A stretch of 64,000 bases of DNA from assembly GCA_028715785.1 (NCBI GenBank), contig JAQURC010000001.1, forward strand, positions 12,766 through 76,765, in the 5' to 3' direction. Shown piece after piece: positions 10,179-18,933 of the stretch. The notes under the pieces are model-generated. The model had not been told where the DNA came from and did not search any database. It worked only from the letters and a program-made list of their open reading frames with translations. Position 1 is the first letter of the stretch. Each line of letters opens with the position of its first letter. The stretch is from Candidatus Omnitrophota bacterium. Its GTDB lineage: Bacteria > Omnitrophota > Gorgyraeia > Gygaellales > Profunditerraquicolaceae. The translations under genes and the position numbers were made by a program.

Positions 10179-11441
10179 ATGAATAAACGACGAGTTGTGA
10201 TTACCGGCATTGGAGTAATTTCGCCAAACGGCATTGGTAAATATAACGCCTGGGAAGGTTTTTCCAGCGGAAAAAGCGGGGTACGTTTAGTTGACGGCTT
10301 TGACGTCTCGGTTTTTAATACCAAGATTGCCGCCGAAGTCAGGGATTTTGACCCTTTTAAATTAGGGCTGAACCACCAGGAGGCCATGCGTATGGACCGC
10401 TATGTGCAGTTCGGGGTAACTGCCGGCAAAATGGCGGTAGAGGACAGTAAATTAGATTTTTCCAAAGAAGATACCCGGCGCATCGGAGTTTGTTTGGCCA
10501 ATGCCATCTGCGGGACAAAATATATGGAGGAGGAGTTTGCTTTAGTTACCGAGGACGGGAAAAAACCGATTAATCCGGCTTTAGTGCGGCCGGATTTATA
10601 CGACGCGGCGATGTTTAACACTCCTTCGATAGAAATCAGCGCGCGTTTTGGCTTAAAAGGGATTTGCAATACTATTTCTACCGGATGCACTGCCGGCACG
10701 GATTCATTGGGTTTTGGTTTAGAAAGTATCCAGGATGGGGAGCAGGATGTAATGATCTGCGGGGCCGCGGAAGCCCCGCTTACCCCGATCACCTTCGGCG
10801 CTTTTGATGTGGTCAATGTTTTATCCGTGCACAATGACCATCCGCAGAAAGCATCGCGCCCTTTTGATAATCAGCGCGACGGATTTGTGCTCGGAGAAGG
10901 GGCGGGGATTCTAGTCCTTGAAGAATTAAATCACGCTTTAAAACGCAATGCCCCGATTTATTGCGAAGTGTTAGGTTTTGGCACCAGCTGTAATGCCTTT
11001 CACATGACCGACCTGCCTTCCGACGGCCGGGCAATGGAAACCTGTATCAGCTTGGCTTTAAAAGATGCGGAAATAAAACCGGATGAAATTGATTATATTA
11101 ACGCCCATGGCTCAAGCACGCGGATGAATGATATTTTTGAAACCAACGCCTACAAGGCGATTTTCGGCCAGTATGCTTATAAGCTGCCGATCAGTTCGCT
11201 TAAGTCCATGATCGGACATCCCCTGGCTGCGGCAAATGCCATTGAGATGACCATGGTTTCGATGATGTTTGAAAAAAACATCCTGCCTCCGACGATAAAT
11301 CAGGACGAAAAAGACCCGCAGTGCGATTTATATTATATTCCCAATCAGGCAATCCAGAAAAAAGTTAACACGATCATAAAAACCAGCAGCGGTTTTTCAG
11401 GGATACATTCGTCATTGGTTTTAAAAAGGTTTAAGGAGTAA
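10179..11441 (+). CDS. Beta-ketoacyl-ACP synthase (KAS I/II-type, catalytically intact; KS-alpha-like)
   Basis: Active-site Cys in TISTGCTAGTDS. His in AFHMTD and INAHGSST. GHPLAAANAIE. Full Cys-His-His triad. Confidence 0.9.
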   Translation: MNKRRVVITGIGVISPNGIGKYNAWEGFSSGKSGVRLVDGFDVSVFNTKIAAEVRDFDPFKLGLNHQEAMRMDRYVQFGVTAGKMAVEDSKLDFSKEDTRRIGVCLANAICGTKYMEEEFALVTEDGKKPINPALVRPDLYDAAMFNTPSIEISARFGLKGICNTISTGCTAGTDSLGFGLESIQDGEQDVMICGAAEAPLTPITFGAFDVVNVLSVHNDHPQKASRPFDNQRDGFVLGEGAGILVLEELNHALKRNAPIYCEVLGFGTSCNAFHMTDLPSDGRAMETCISLALKDAEIKPDEIDYINAHGSSTRMNDIFETNAYKAIFGQYAYKLPISSLKSMIGHPLAAANAIEMTMVSMMFEKNILPPTINQDEKDPQCDLYYIPNQAIQKKVNTIIKTSSGFSGIHSSLVLKRFKE

Positions 11442-11447
11442 TCCAGA

Positions 11448-11473
11448 GTAGGGGAGGTTTAAACCTCCCCTAC
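11448..11473. repeat. 26-bp palindrome GTAGGGGAGGTTTAAACCTCCCCTAC (REP-like, copy 2) with flanks CCAGAG/TCTGTGGATAA
   Basis: Identical core to 5776 and 14488. Between the two KS genes. Confidence 0.8.
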
Positions 11474-11493
11474 TCTGTGGATAACTTAGAATA

Positions 11494-12735
11494 ATGGAAA
11501 AAATCGCAATTACCGGCATCGGCGTAGTCAGCCCTTCGGGTATCGGAAAGCGGCAGTTCTGGGCAAACCTTAAAAGCGGGCGCTCGTTTATTAAAAAGAT
11601 CACCCGTTTTGACGCCTCATTATACCCGGCGCATATTGCCGGCCAGATCGACGATTTGGAAAAATACAGCCATATTTCCGAAAGGCTCTTAAAAAAAATC
11701 GACGCCTTTTCGCATATGGCGCTGGTGGCTTCGGAGATGGCCCTGCAGGACGCCGGGATCGATATTAAAAATGAGGATCCAAGTCTTGTGGGGATTTTTT
11801 TGGGCAACGCTATCGGCGGCTGGCTGTATGCTGAAACCGAATTAAGGGATTTATATTTAGAAGGCCGGGAGGGCGTTTCGCCTTATATGGCCTCGGCCTG
11901 GTTTCCCGCGGCTCCCCAGGGGCAGGTCTCCATTTATTATGGAATAAAAGGTTTTAGCAAGACCGTGGTCAGCGACCGGGCCAGCTCTTCGATGGCTTTA
12001 GGGTACGCCAGGAAAGTTTTAGCTAAAAACAAACTAAATATGATTTTGGCAGGGGGGATGGAGGCTCCGGTTACCCCGTATGCCTTATTATGTTGTAATA
12101 CTTATGGGGCGCTATCTAAGAATAACAACAATCCCCAGGGAGCGTACCGGCCATTCGATAAACAGCGCAGCGGTTTTGTCATCGGCGAAGGCGCCGGAAT
12201 TGTAGTAATGGAAAGTATCCCGCGCGCCCAAGAAAGAGGAGCAAATATTTTAGGGGTAATTAGCGGATACGGCACCACTTGTGACGGGGCGGATAGGATT
12301 AATTGCGCCAGTGACGGCAAAGAGTTGGCGCGCGCCATTAATATGGCGCTTAGTGACGCAAAGGTAAATCCCGAAGAGATCGGTTATATCAGTTTAGATG
12401 GTTTAGCAGTTGATCTTTGGGATAATTCTGAAATTGCGGCGTTGAAACTGGTTTTTGGAAATAATTTAAAAAATATTCCGCTCAGCTGCCCCAAATCCAT
12501 GTTCGGGAATTTGCTCGGCGCATCCGGGGCATTGGATATGATTATCGCGCTTTTAACTATGGAGCACGGTTTGGTTGCCCCGACTTTAAATTTAGAGGCC
12601 CCGGTTTTGAACAATTTAAATTATGTGGCCGGTGAAGCCAGGGAATATAAAGTAAGCAAGTCTTTGATCATCTCGCGCGGCCGCGGCGGGATTAATTCGG
12701 TTCTAGTAGTTGAGAAAAACGGAGGAAAAAAATGA
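11494..12735 (+). CDS. Ketosynthase-like protein lacking the catalytic triad (chain-length-factor / KS-beta-like partner)
   Basis: Thiolase-fold KS homology throughout. The active-site position reads SDRASS (Cys->Arg). The His positions read GTTCDG and ISLDGLAV (His->Cys/Asp). 4-bp ATGA overlap with the downstream radical SAM gene. Confidence 0.75.
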   Translation: MEKIAITGIGVVSPSGIGKRQFWANLKSGRSFIKKITRFDASLYPAHIAGQIDDLEKYSHISERLLKKIDAFSHMALVASEMALQDAGIDIKNEDPSLVGIFLGNAIGGWLYAETELRDLYLEGREGVSPYMASAWFPAAPQGQVSIYYGIKGFSKTVVSDRASSSMALGYARKVLAKNKLNMILAGGMEAPVTPYALLCCNTYGALSKNNNNPQGAYRPFDKQRSGFVIGEGAGIVVMESIPRAQERGANILGVISGYGTTCDGADRINCASDGKELARAINMALSDAKVNPEEIGYISLDGLAVDLWDNSEIAALKLVFGNNLKNIPLSCPKSMFGNLLGASGALDMIIALLTMEHGLVAPTLNLEAPVLNNLNYVAGEAREYKVSKSLIISRGRGGINSVLVVEKNGGKK

Positions 12736-14192
12736 AAATATTATTCGTTATGCCCAGGGTAGGCGCGTGGGCGACGCACGGCATTCACCGGTCACCGAAC
12801 CAGCTTTACGCGCACTGGGCTGCGTATGCGCGGGAGAGGGGTTACGAAGATGTCGCGGTCATCGACGGAAGGGCCCTGGAAATACCCATGGAGCAGCTGG
12901 TGGAGCAGGTAAAGGCAAAAAACCCGGATGTAGTGGTCATGGGAGAGCAACTGCACGGTTATGGCGGCTACGGCGTATTACGGCATTTTAAAGACGCGGC
13001 CATTGGGATTAAAAAAGCGCTGCCTAAAACAAAAATAATTCTCGGCGGGCTATGGTATTCAGCAATGCCGGTGCCGACATTAGAGGAGAACTCCGCGGTT
13101 GACTTTGTGGTTATGGGTGAAGAGGAATCTTTCGGAGACTTGATCGAAGCAATAGATAAAAATAAGCCGCTTGGCGATGTGGGTGGCGTTACTTCCCGTA
13201 TTGACGGGGCAATTGTTATGGGCCCGCATAAGCCGCTGATGGAAGATTTAGACAAGCTTCCTTTGCCGGCTTATGATTTATTTCCGATGGATAAATACGT
13301 GGGCCATACTTATTGGAAACCGTTTGTGGATATGGTAACCTCAAGGGGCTGCCCTTCAGCCTGTACTTTTTGCTACGAATGGGACCAGTTTGATCCGCGT
13401 TCGCCTTCAGATTTCTTGAAATGGCGGGCTAAATCTCCGGAAAGAGTCATGGAAGAAATGAATCTTCTGCATAGAAAATACGGGGTTAAAGTCGTAGTTA
13501 TTCAGGACGATAATTTTAATGTCGACCCTAAAAGAGTGCAGAAGTTTTGCGAACTTAAAAAAGCATCGAATAATCCAATCAAGTGGGTATCTTTAGGCCG
13601 GGCTGTTGATTGGGTCAATTGCGAATCCATCCTGCCCCTGATGAAAGAAAATGGTTTATTCATGGGCGTTTTTGGCATCGAGGTGACGACCCAGTCAGAG
13701 CTTAAACGGATCGCCAAAGGCATTACTATCGACCAGATTAAAAAAACCATAGAGATCTTACGCAAGAATGATATCGCTATCGTGGCGGATATCATGATGG
13801 GTTTTGATTATGACACCGAGGCTATCGTCAAGCAGAGGTTTGAGTTTACCGATATGGTGGACCCGGATATTTTATGGGTAGGTTATGTTACCCCTGCCCC
13901 GAATTCACCGATGTGGAGGATTGCTCTAAAGAAAAACTGGATTGATCCTAAGAAAGTAGATTTTAGCCAATGGGATTTTCTCCATCCGGTAATCCCTACG
14001 GACCATCTATCCACAGAAGACCTTGGCCGTTTGGGTTCCTGGTGCATGCGTGAATTTTTCTCAAAGCCCGGGCGGATAAACAGGATTATGGAGAGTAATT
14101 TTGATCCGTTAGCCAAGCTCTGTTTCAAGGATGTTATGGATGGAATAGGCAAATGGGAAGCAGTCGCGACAAAAGGCGAAGTGCAGATATAA
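12732..14192 (+). CDS. Class B (cobalamin-binding) radical SAM enzyme
   Basis: N-terminal B12-binding-like domain, then radical SAM SRGCPSACTFCYE (CxxxCxxC). 486 aa. The first ~300 nt are markedly GC-rich. Confidence 0.85.
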   Translation: MKILFVMPRVGAWATHGIHRSPNQLYAHWAAYARERGYEDVAVIDGRALEIPMEQLVEQVKAKNPDVVVMGEQLHGYGGYGVLRHFKDAAIGIKKALPKTKIILGGLWYSAMPVPTLEENSAVDFVVMGEEESFGDLIEAIDKNKPLGDVGGVTSRIDGAIVMGPHKPLMEDLDKLPLPAYDLFPMDKYVGHTYWKPFVDMVTSRGCPSACTFCYEWDQFDPRSPSDFLKWRAKSPERVMEEMNLLHRKYGVKVVVIQDDNFNVDPKRVQKFCELKKASNNPIKWVSLGRAVDWVNCESILPLMKENGLFMGVFGIEVTTQSELKRIAKGITIDQIKKTIEILRKNDIAIVADIMMGFDYDTEAIVKQRFEFTDMVDPDILWVGYVTPAPNSPMWRIALKKNWIDPKKVDFSQWDFLHPVIPTDHLSTEDLGRLGSWCMREFFSKPGRINRIMESNFDPLAKLCFKDVMDGIGKWEAVATKGEVQI

Positions 14193-14197
14193 TGTGC

Positions 14198-14251
14198 CAC
14201 CCCGCGCTTATAGGAATTGCGCGGGTGTGCCCTTGTGGGCTAGGAGAATAA
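14198..14251 (+). promoter_or_regulatory. Conserved two-hairpin 5' leader element (copy 1) ending in AGGAG-N7-ATG of the acp gene
   Basis: CCCCGCGCTTATAGGAATTGCGCGGGTGTGCCCTTGTGGGCTAGGAGAATAAATG. Same module upstream of rpsT, pilT and prfB. Confidence 0.6.
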
Positions 14252-14491
14252 ATGGATATAAAAATAAAAGTTAAAGAAGTGTTGGCGAATTTGCTAAAAG
14301 TTAAAATTGAAGAGTTAAAGGATGAGGTATCTTTGATCAACAGTATCGGCGTGGATTCTACCGAGATGGTGGAGTCGGTAATTGCCCTGGAAAAATCATT
14401 TGGGGTCAAGCTTAGCCCCAAGGAGATCACCAAGAATTCGACCATTAACGATATCGTAAATAATATCCAGCCAAAGTTATCCACAGAGTAG
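14252..14491 (+). CDS. Acyl carrier protein
   Basis: 79 aa. GVDSTEMVE phosphopantetheine-attachment motif. The stop TAG lies inside the REP palindrome. Confidence 0.8.
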   Translation: MDIKIKVKEVLANLLKVKIEELKDEVSLINSIGVDSTEMVESVIALEKSFGVKLSPKEITKNSTINDIVNNIQPKLSTE

Positions 14492-14513
14492 GGGAGGTTT
14501 AAACCTCCCCTAC
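14488..14513. repeat. 26-bp palindrome GTAGGGGAGGTTTAAACCTCCCCTAC (REP-like, copy 3), left flank TTATCCACAGA
   Basis: Identical core. Overlaps the acp stop codon. Confidence 0.8.
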
Positions 14514-14540
14514 TACGGGAATGGGAAAGGAGTTAGAGGG

Positions 14541-15341
14541 GTGAAGATTGTTGACTTGAGCCTGCCCATCGATGAAAAGGCTTTTGAGGTGCACAAGGTT
14601 GAGATCGAGCGGATAACCCATAAAGCCGGCGTCGATAAGTTCAACCGGGTGATTATGGGCAAGACCCTCTTAGGCAGAATAAAATACGCCTTAGGCGCCC
14701 GCATCGTCAGAAAGGGGCAGCTGCCCGATGAAGAATTCCTCTCTTTGGAGATTGTACATGCTCCGGTGCATATAGGAACACACCTGGATTACTCCTTCCA
14801 TTATGGATCAAAATCAGAAAATCGCCCTTCCAAGACCGCGGATGAGATCCCGTTAGAATATTGTTACCAGGACGGGGTTAAACTTGACTTCCGGCATAAA
14901 AGACCCAATGAAGTAATCAAGGCGCCGGATATAGAAAGCGCCCTGAAAAAGATAAATTATCAGCTTAAGCCTTTAGATATTGTGTTATTGCACACCGCCG
15001 CCGATAAGCTCTATGGCGGGCCAAAATATTTCTCGGATTATCCCGGGGTTGATCCTGGGGCCATCGGTTATCTTTTGGATAAAGGAATTAAAATCTTTGG
15101 CACAGACACGATGGGGATTGACCGGCCATACAAATTTATGCTTAAGGAATTCCTGGAAACAGGGGACCCCAAAACTTTTTATCCGGCGCATTTTTATGGA
15201 CGGAAAAGAGAATTTATTCATATAGAACGCCTGGCTAACTTAGAGAAGTTGCCGGATTGTGGATTTAAAATTATCTGTTTTCCTATACGCATCAAAAATA
15301 CCGGGGCCGCCTGGGCCAGAGTGGTGGCTTTTTTAGATTAA
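14541..15341 (+). CDS. Putative cyclase family protein (PF04199-like; kynurenine formamidase/polyketide cyclase fold)
   Basis: HAPVHIGTHLDYSFHYG matches the HxGTHxDxPxH cyclase signature. GTG start after AAGGAG. Confidence 0.7.
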   Translation: MKIVDLSLPIDEKAFEVHKVEIERITHKAGVDKFNRVIMGKTLLGRIKYALGARIVRKGQLPDEEFLSLEIVHAPVHIGTHLDYSFHYGSKSENRPSKTADEIPLEYCYQDGVKLDFRHKRPNEVIKAPDIESALKKINYQLKPLDIVLLHTAADKLYGGPKYFSDYPGVDPGAIGYLLDKGIKIFGTDTMGIDRPYKFMLKEFLETGDPKTFYPAHFYGRKREFIHIERLANLEKLPDCGFKIICFPIRIKNTGAAWARVVAFLD

Positions 15342-15455
15342 TGGCGTAAAACGGGTCCTGTCTTGGGTATTTTCTAGCGCTAAACGCGCGTCGAAAACAC
15401 CCAAGCCACCCGTTTTATCAAAATCTAAAAAAGCAAAATAATAGCGGAGGATGAA

Positions 15456-15896
15456 ATGGGACATACTTGCAATTCAATAATTATTAAGGCGCCTTATGAG
15501 TTAGTTTTTGATATCTCTAATGACATCCCGCGCTGGACGCAGTTGTTCGGCAGCGAATATAAAAAAGCCGAAATCCTAAAAAAAGAAGCCAACAAAATCA
15601 CTTTTCGCCTTACCGACGACGAAGATAAATCCTGGGTTTCCTGGAGATTGTTATACAAGGATAATTTCTTTACCTATTCGGAGCGCTATGAACCGAAATT
15701 CCCCTTTAATTATATGAAAATTATCTGGCTCTATACGCCAAAGCCCGAAGGGATAGAGTTAACTTGGATCCAGCATTTCCAGATGGATGAAAAGGCCAAG
15801 TTTAACGATGAGCAGGTGGAAGGTTTTATCAATAAACATTCCAAAGAGAACTTATTGATTTTTAAGAAGGTTATTGAAGAGGCAGCACTTAAATAA
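15456..15896 (+). CDS. SRPBCC superfamily protein (polyketide cyclase/dehydrase-like, Bet v1 fold)
   Basis: 146 aa. IIKAPYELVFDISNDIPRWTQLF N-terminus and overall pattern typical of Polyketide_cyc2/SRPBCC proteins. Confidence 0.55.
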   Translation: MGHTCNSIIIKAPYELVFDISNDIPRWTQLFGSEYKKAEILKKEANKITFRLTDDEDKSWVSWRLLYKDNFFTYSERYEPKFPFNYMKIIWLYTPKPEGIELTWIQHFQMDEKAKFNDEQVEGFINKHSKENLLIFKKVIEEAALK

Positions 15897-15910
15897 AGGT
15901 TATTCACAAT

Positions 15911-15936
15911 GTAGCGGACGTTTAAACGTCCGCTAC
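15911..15936. repeat. 26-bp palindrome GTAGCGGACGTTTAAACGTCCGCTAC (REP-like, copy 4; covariant arms)
   Basis: Same architecture and TTTAAA centre as 5776. Both arms changed in a complementary way. Confidence 0.75.
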
Positions 15937-15967
15937 GGTCAGGTTAGGATTATACGGGAGGTTAATT

Positions 15968-16744
15968 ATGAGCACAGATTTAAAAGGCAGGATTGCCATT
16001 GTTACCGGTGCCAGCCGCGGTATCGGTAAATCTTTAGCTTCAACCGCAGCAGGTTTGGGCATAAATTTAGTTATCGGCGCCAGAGGACAAGGCCCTTTAG
16101 AAGAAACTGCGGATGAGCTTGCCAGGAAATATAAGGTCCGGGTATTGCCGGTTGCCTGCGACGTCACAAAATTAGAGGACTTGGAAAATTTGGTAAACAA
16201 GGCTAAAGCTGAATTCGGCAAAGTCGATATTTTGATTAATTGCGCCGGAGTTTCCTCGCAATATCCTTTTAACGAGCAGCCGATCGAGGATTTTGAAAAA
16301 TTGGCGCATACGAATTATCTGGGCTATGTGCGGTTAATCCGCCTGGTAATTAACGATATGATCAAACAAAAATACGGGGCGATCATCAATATCGTTTCCG
16401 GCTCGACGCTGGTGGATCCTGTCCCCAGAAATTTCATTGTTTACAGCTCGCTTAAAGTCGGCCTGCGCGCTTTTTCAAAAGGCCTGTTTTGGGAGTTGCG
16501 CGACCACGGGATCAAGGTTACTTCTATTTTACCCGGAGTCACCGATACGGATTTAACCGGCAAGCTTAAGGATATTACCAGCGATACATCGCGCCTTATG
16601 AGCACGCAGGCAATCGAGGATGCGGTGCGTTTTGCTTTGACTGTGCCGGCTAATGTTTGTCCTCTTGAGATCTCGGTAATTAACCAACAAACACCTTGGA
16701 CTGCTCCGGTAATACCGTTTAAACAGCAGCACCCGGGAAAATAA
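15968..16744 (+). CDS. SDR-family oxidoreductase (ketoreductase-like)
   Basis: TGASRGIGKSLA cofactor motif. YSSLKVGLRAF (YxxxK) catalytic motif. Confidence 0.85.
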   Translation: MSTDLKGRIAIVTGASRGIGKSLASTAAGLGINLVIGARGQGPLEETADELARKYKVRVLPVACDVTKLEDLENLVNKAKAEFGKVDILINCAGVSSQYPFNEQPIEDFEKLAHTNYLGYVRLIRLVINDMIKQKYGAIINIVSGSTLVDPVPRNFIVYSSLKVGLRAFSKGLFWELRDHGIKVTSILPGVTDTDLTGKLKDITSDTSRLMSTQAIEDAVRFALTVPANVCPLEISVINQQTPWTAPVIPFKQQHPGK

Positions 16745-16757
16745 GCGGAGAGAAGAA

Positions 16758-17369
16758 ATGAAAAAAATATTTTTTGCGGCAGCAACAGTAGTTTTATTTA
16801 CGGCAGGGGTTTGTTTAGCTGAAGGCGGTAATTTATTAATTGATGATTTTGAAATTTCAGTTACCGGCGGCCCCGAAGGAACGGTTGATTTCGGCGCAGG
16901 TAACGGCTCAAGCGTGGAGGTAACAGCGGCTAGTGATATTAAAAATAGCGGCAATCAGGCATTAAAGGTAGTTTATGACGCATCTCCGGGAGGATATATT
17001 TATGTAGCCCGCGGCTTTGGGCTTGACGCCAGGAACGCTAACTGGCCAATCCAGCCTTCGGATATTAAATGGGAAGAATACAGCGCGATATCATTCTATG
17101 TTTACGGAGCGGATTCTAAAGCGAAAATCGCTTTTGATATAAAAGATAACGGCGGGGAGATCTGGCGTTTTATGACCGAGGATGATTTTAAAGGCTGGAA
17201 GAAAGTAGTTTGCAGTTTTGATAAATTTGTCGTGCGCGACGATTGGCAGCCAAACGACGCGGACAATAACAAGCAGTTGGATTTTCCGGTTAAGATCTTC
17301 CAATTTGAACCGCTTCCCGGATCAAAAGGGACTTTTTATTTTGACACGGTGGAGCTGGTTAGAAAATAA
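16758..17369 (+). CDS. Secreted beta-sandwich protein (CBM11/CIA30-like), function unknown
   Basis: Signal peptide MKKIFFAAATVVLFTAGVCLA. Gly/aromatic-rich beta-strand pattern. Confidence 0.35.
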   Translation: MKKIFFAAATVVLFTAGVCLAEGGNLLIDDFEISVTGGPEGTVDFGAGNGSSVEVTAASDIKNSGNQALKVVYDASPGGYIYVARGFGLDARNANWPIQPSDIKWEEYSAISFYVYGADSKAKIAFDIKDNGGEIWRFMTEDDFKGWKKVVCSFDKFVVRDDWQPNDADNNKQLDFPVKIFQFEPLPGSKGTFYFDTVELVRK

Positions 17370-17382
17370 GAAAGGTGGGGAT

Positions 17383-17796
17383 ATGAATAACCAGGATGTT
17401 AAAAATTTAAAGAAACGTTATTTTATCTGGCTCTATAAAACCGCCAAAGAAACCTTTGATAAATATGAACGCAAGTTTACGCAAGTCGATATCGATAAGG
17501 ATATCCTGGCGGAAATGGAGAAAGAGCTTTTAGGTTCCTACCTTCCCCATGAAAAAGATGCCCTGCAGAGGCAGATCAACGATTTTCAGAAATATATCGA
17601 AAATAAGGAAAAGGCCTGTTCAGAACTCAGGGACCAGCATAGAAAGATCAATCCGGATTTTATTTTCTCGGAAATAAAACTGAATGCGATTGAGAAGGTA
17701 ATCGTCAGGGGGTTGGGCAGGAGGGGGCTGGAAGAGATCAGGTCCCTTTATGAAAAAGAGATGGCCGAACGCATCTTAAAGAGCACGGAGCATTGA
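17383..17796 (+). CDS. Hypothetical coiled-coil protein
   Basis: ATG at 17383 after AAAGGTGGGG. The upstream part of the ORF-track frame overlaps the previous gene. Confidence 0.4.
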   Translation: MNNQDVKNLKKRYFIWLYKTAKETFDKYERKFTQVDIDKDILAEMEKELLGSYLPHEKDALQRQINDFQKYIENKEKACSELRDQHRKINPDFIFSEIKLNAIEKVIVRGLGRRGLEEIRSLYEKEMAERILKSTEH

Positions 17797-18707
17797 TGTT
17801 AATCGACGCGCATAGCCACTGGCTGCCGGATGAAATAATTAATAATGCCCATTTTTTCCATAAGGGCTGGGGGGATATCCAGGCGCAGCTGGCGATCATG
17901 GAGGCGCTGGGGATCAACCGGGCGGTTTTAAGTTATCCTAATTCGGACGCGCATTTGAAATTAGGCAGTGTCAGCCAAGTGGCGCATATTTATAATGATA
18001 ATGTCGCCAAAATTTTAAAGGCCCATCCCAAAAGATTTATCGGCGCCGCAGTTTTGCCTGTGGATAATTCCGTCGATATGCTGGAAGAGCTAAGGCGGGC
18101 AATCAATGAACTGGGTTTTAAGGCAATTTCCCTTGCCTCAAGCTATAACGGTATATATTTAGACGATAAGATGTTTTTACCTATATATAAAGAAGCGCAA
18201 GAGAAGGATATCCCGATCTTTGTGCATCCGCAGATTGTAAACCCGATAGGTTTTGAGCGGGTCAAGGATCCGCTGCTTACTCCGGTTGTTGAATATGTTT
18301 TTGACACCACGATTTCAATCGGCAAGCTTTTAATGTCGGATATTTTGCGCCAGTATCCTAAAGTAAAATTTATTTTCGCCCATTTCGGCGGGGCAATCTG
18401 CTATCTTAAGCAGCGTTTTGACGCCACCTATCAGATGCTGCGGGGGATGAACTTTGTCAAAGACCTGCAGGGGCTTCCTTCGGATTATCTTAAGAATATT
18501 TACGTTGATACCAGCGGCGATACTACTAGCGCGAATTTTCTGCTTGCCCTTGAACTTATGGGGCCTAAACATATTTTGTGGGGCAGCGACTGGCCGGCAA
18601 AGAAAGATGTTGCCAGCGGCATCAAAGCCGTCAACGATTTGGATATATCCCAGGAGAATAAACAGAATATCCTGGGGGGAAATTTAGAAAAATTATTTGT
18701 TCTTTAG
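17793..18707 (+). CDS. Amidohydrolase-2 family metal-dependent hydrolase (TIM barrel)
   Basis: N-terminal IDAHSHW metal-binding motif. ~300 aa. Confidence 0.65.
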   Translation: MMLIDAHSHWLPDEIINNAHFFHKGWGDIQAQLAIMEALGINRAVLSYPNSDAHLKLGSVSQVAHIYNDNVAKILKAHPKRFIGAAVLPVDNSVDMLEELRRAINELGFKAISLASSYNGIYLDDKMFLPIYKEAQEKDIPIFVHPQIVNPIGFERVKDPLLTPVVEYVFDTTISIGKLLMSDILRQYPKVKFIFAHFGGAICYLKQRFDATYQMLRGMNFVKDLQGLPSDYLKNIYVDTSGDTTSANFLLALELMGPKHILWGSDWPAKKDVASGIKAVNDLDISQENKQNILGGNLEKLFVL

Positions 18708-18933
18708 TATTTTGCTCTTTCAGGATATTGTTCGCGTGCGAAATTTTTCGCCGTGTGCTGCGGTTTACGGCTCGCTCCGGCAGCGCAGTGTTCCTTGCGT
18801 ATTATGAGATTGCCTGCGCTCGCCGTAACTCCTTGCACACATTTGCCGAAAAATTTCTAATGCACGCTCCACAATATCCTTCGAGTAAAATTTAACCGAG
18901 CAAGTCTCGTCACCGCAAAACGGAGTAAGGATT

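Noticed and set aside
12710-12991. 93-aa Gly/Arg-rich alternate-frame ORF inside the radical SAM gene
   Set aside because: It is produced by the local GC-rich stretch. The rSAM frame has clear B12-binding/CxxxCxxC homology. The alternate frame is low-complexity with no start context.
14198-14251. Interpretation of the conserved leader element as a rho-independent terminator
   Set aside because: No U-tract follows either hairpin, and the element is always positioned and oriented relative to the downstream start codon. This also holds for the minus-strand rpsT copy.
18708-18933. Canonical fluoride (crcB) riboswitch
   Set aside because: The conserved GGYGAUG / CUGAUGRCUCCUA elements were not found by eye. 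It is reported only as an unclassified structured leader.
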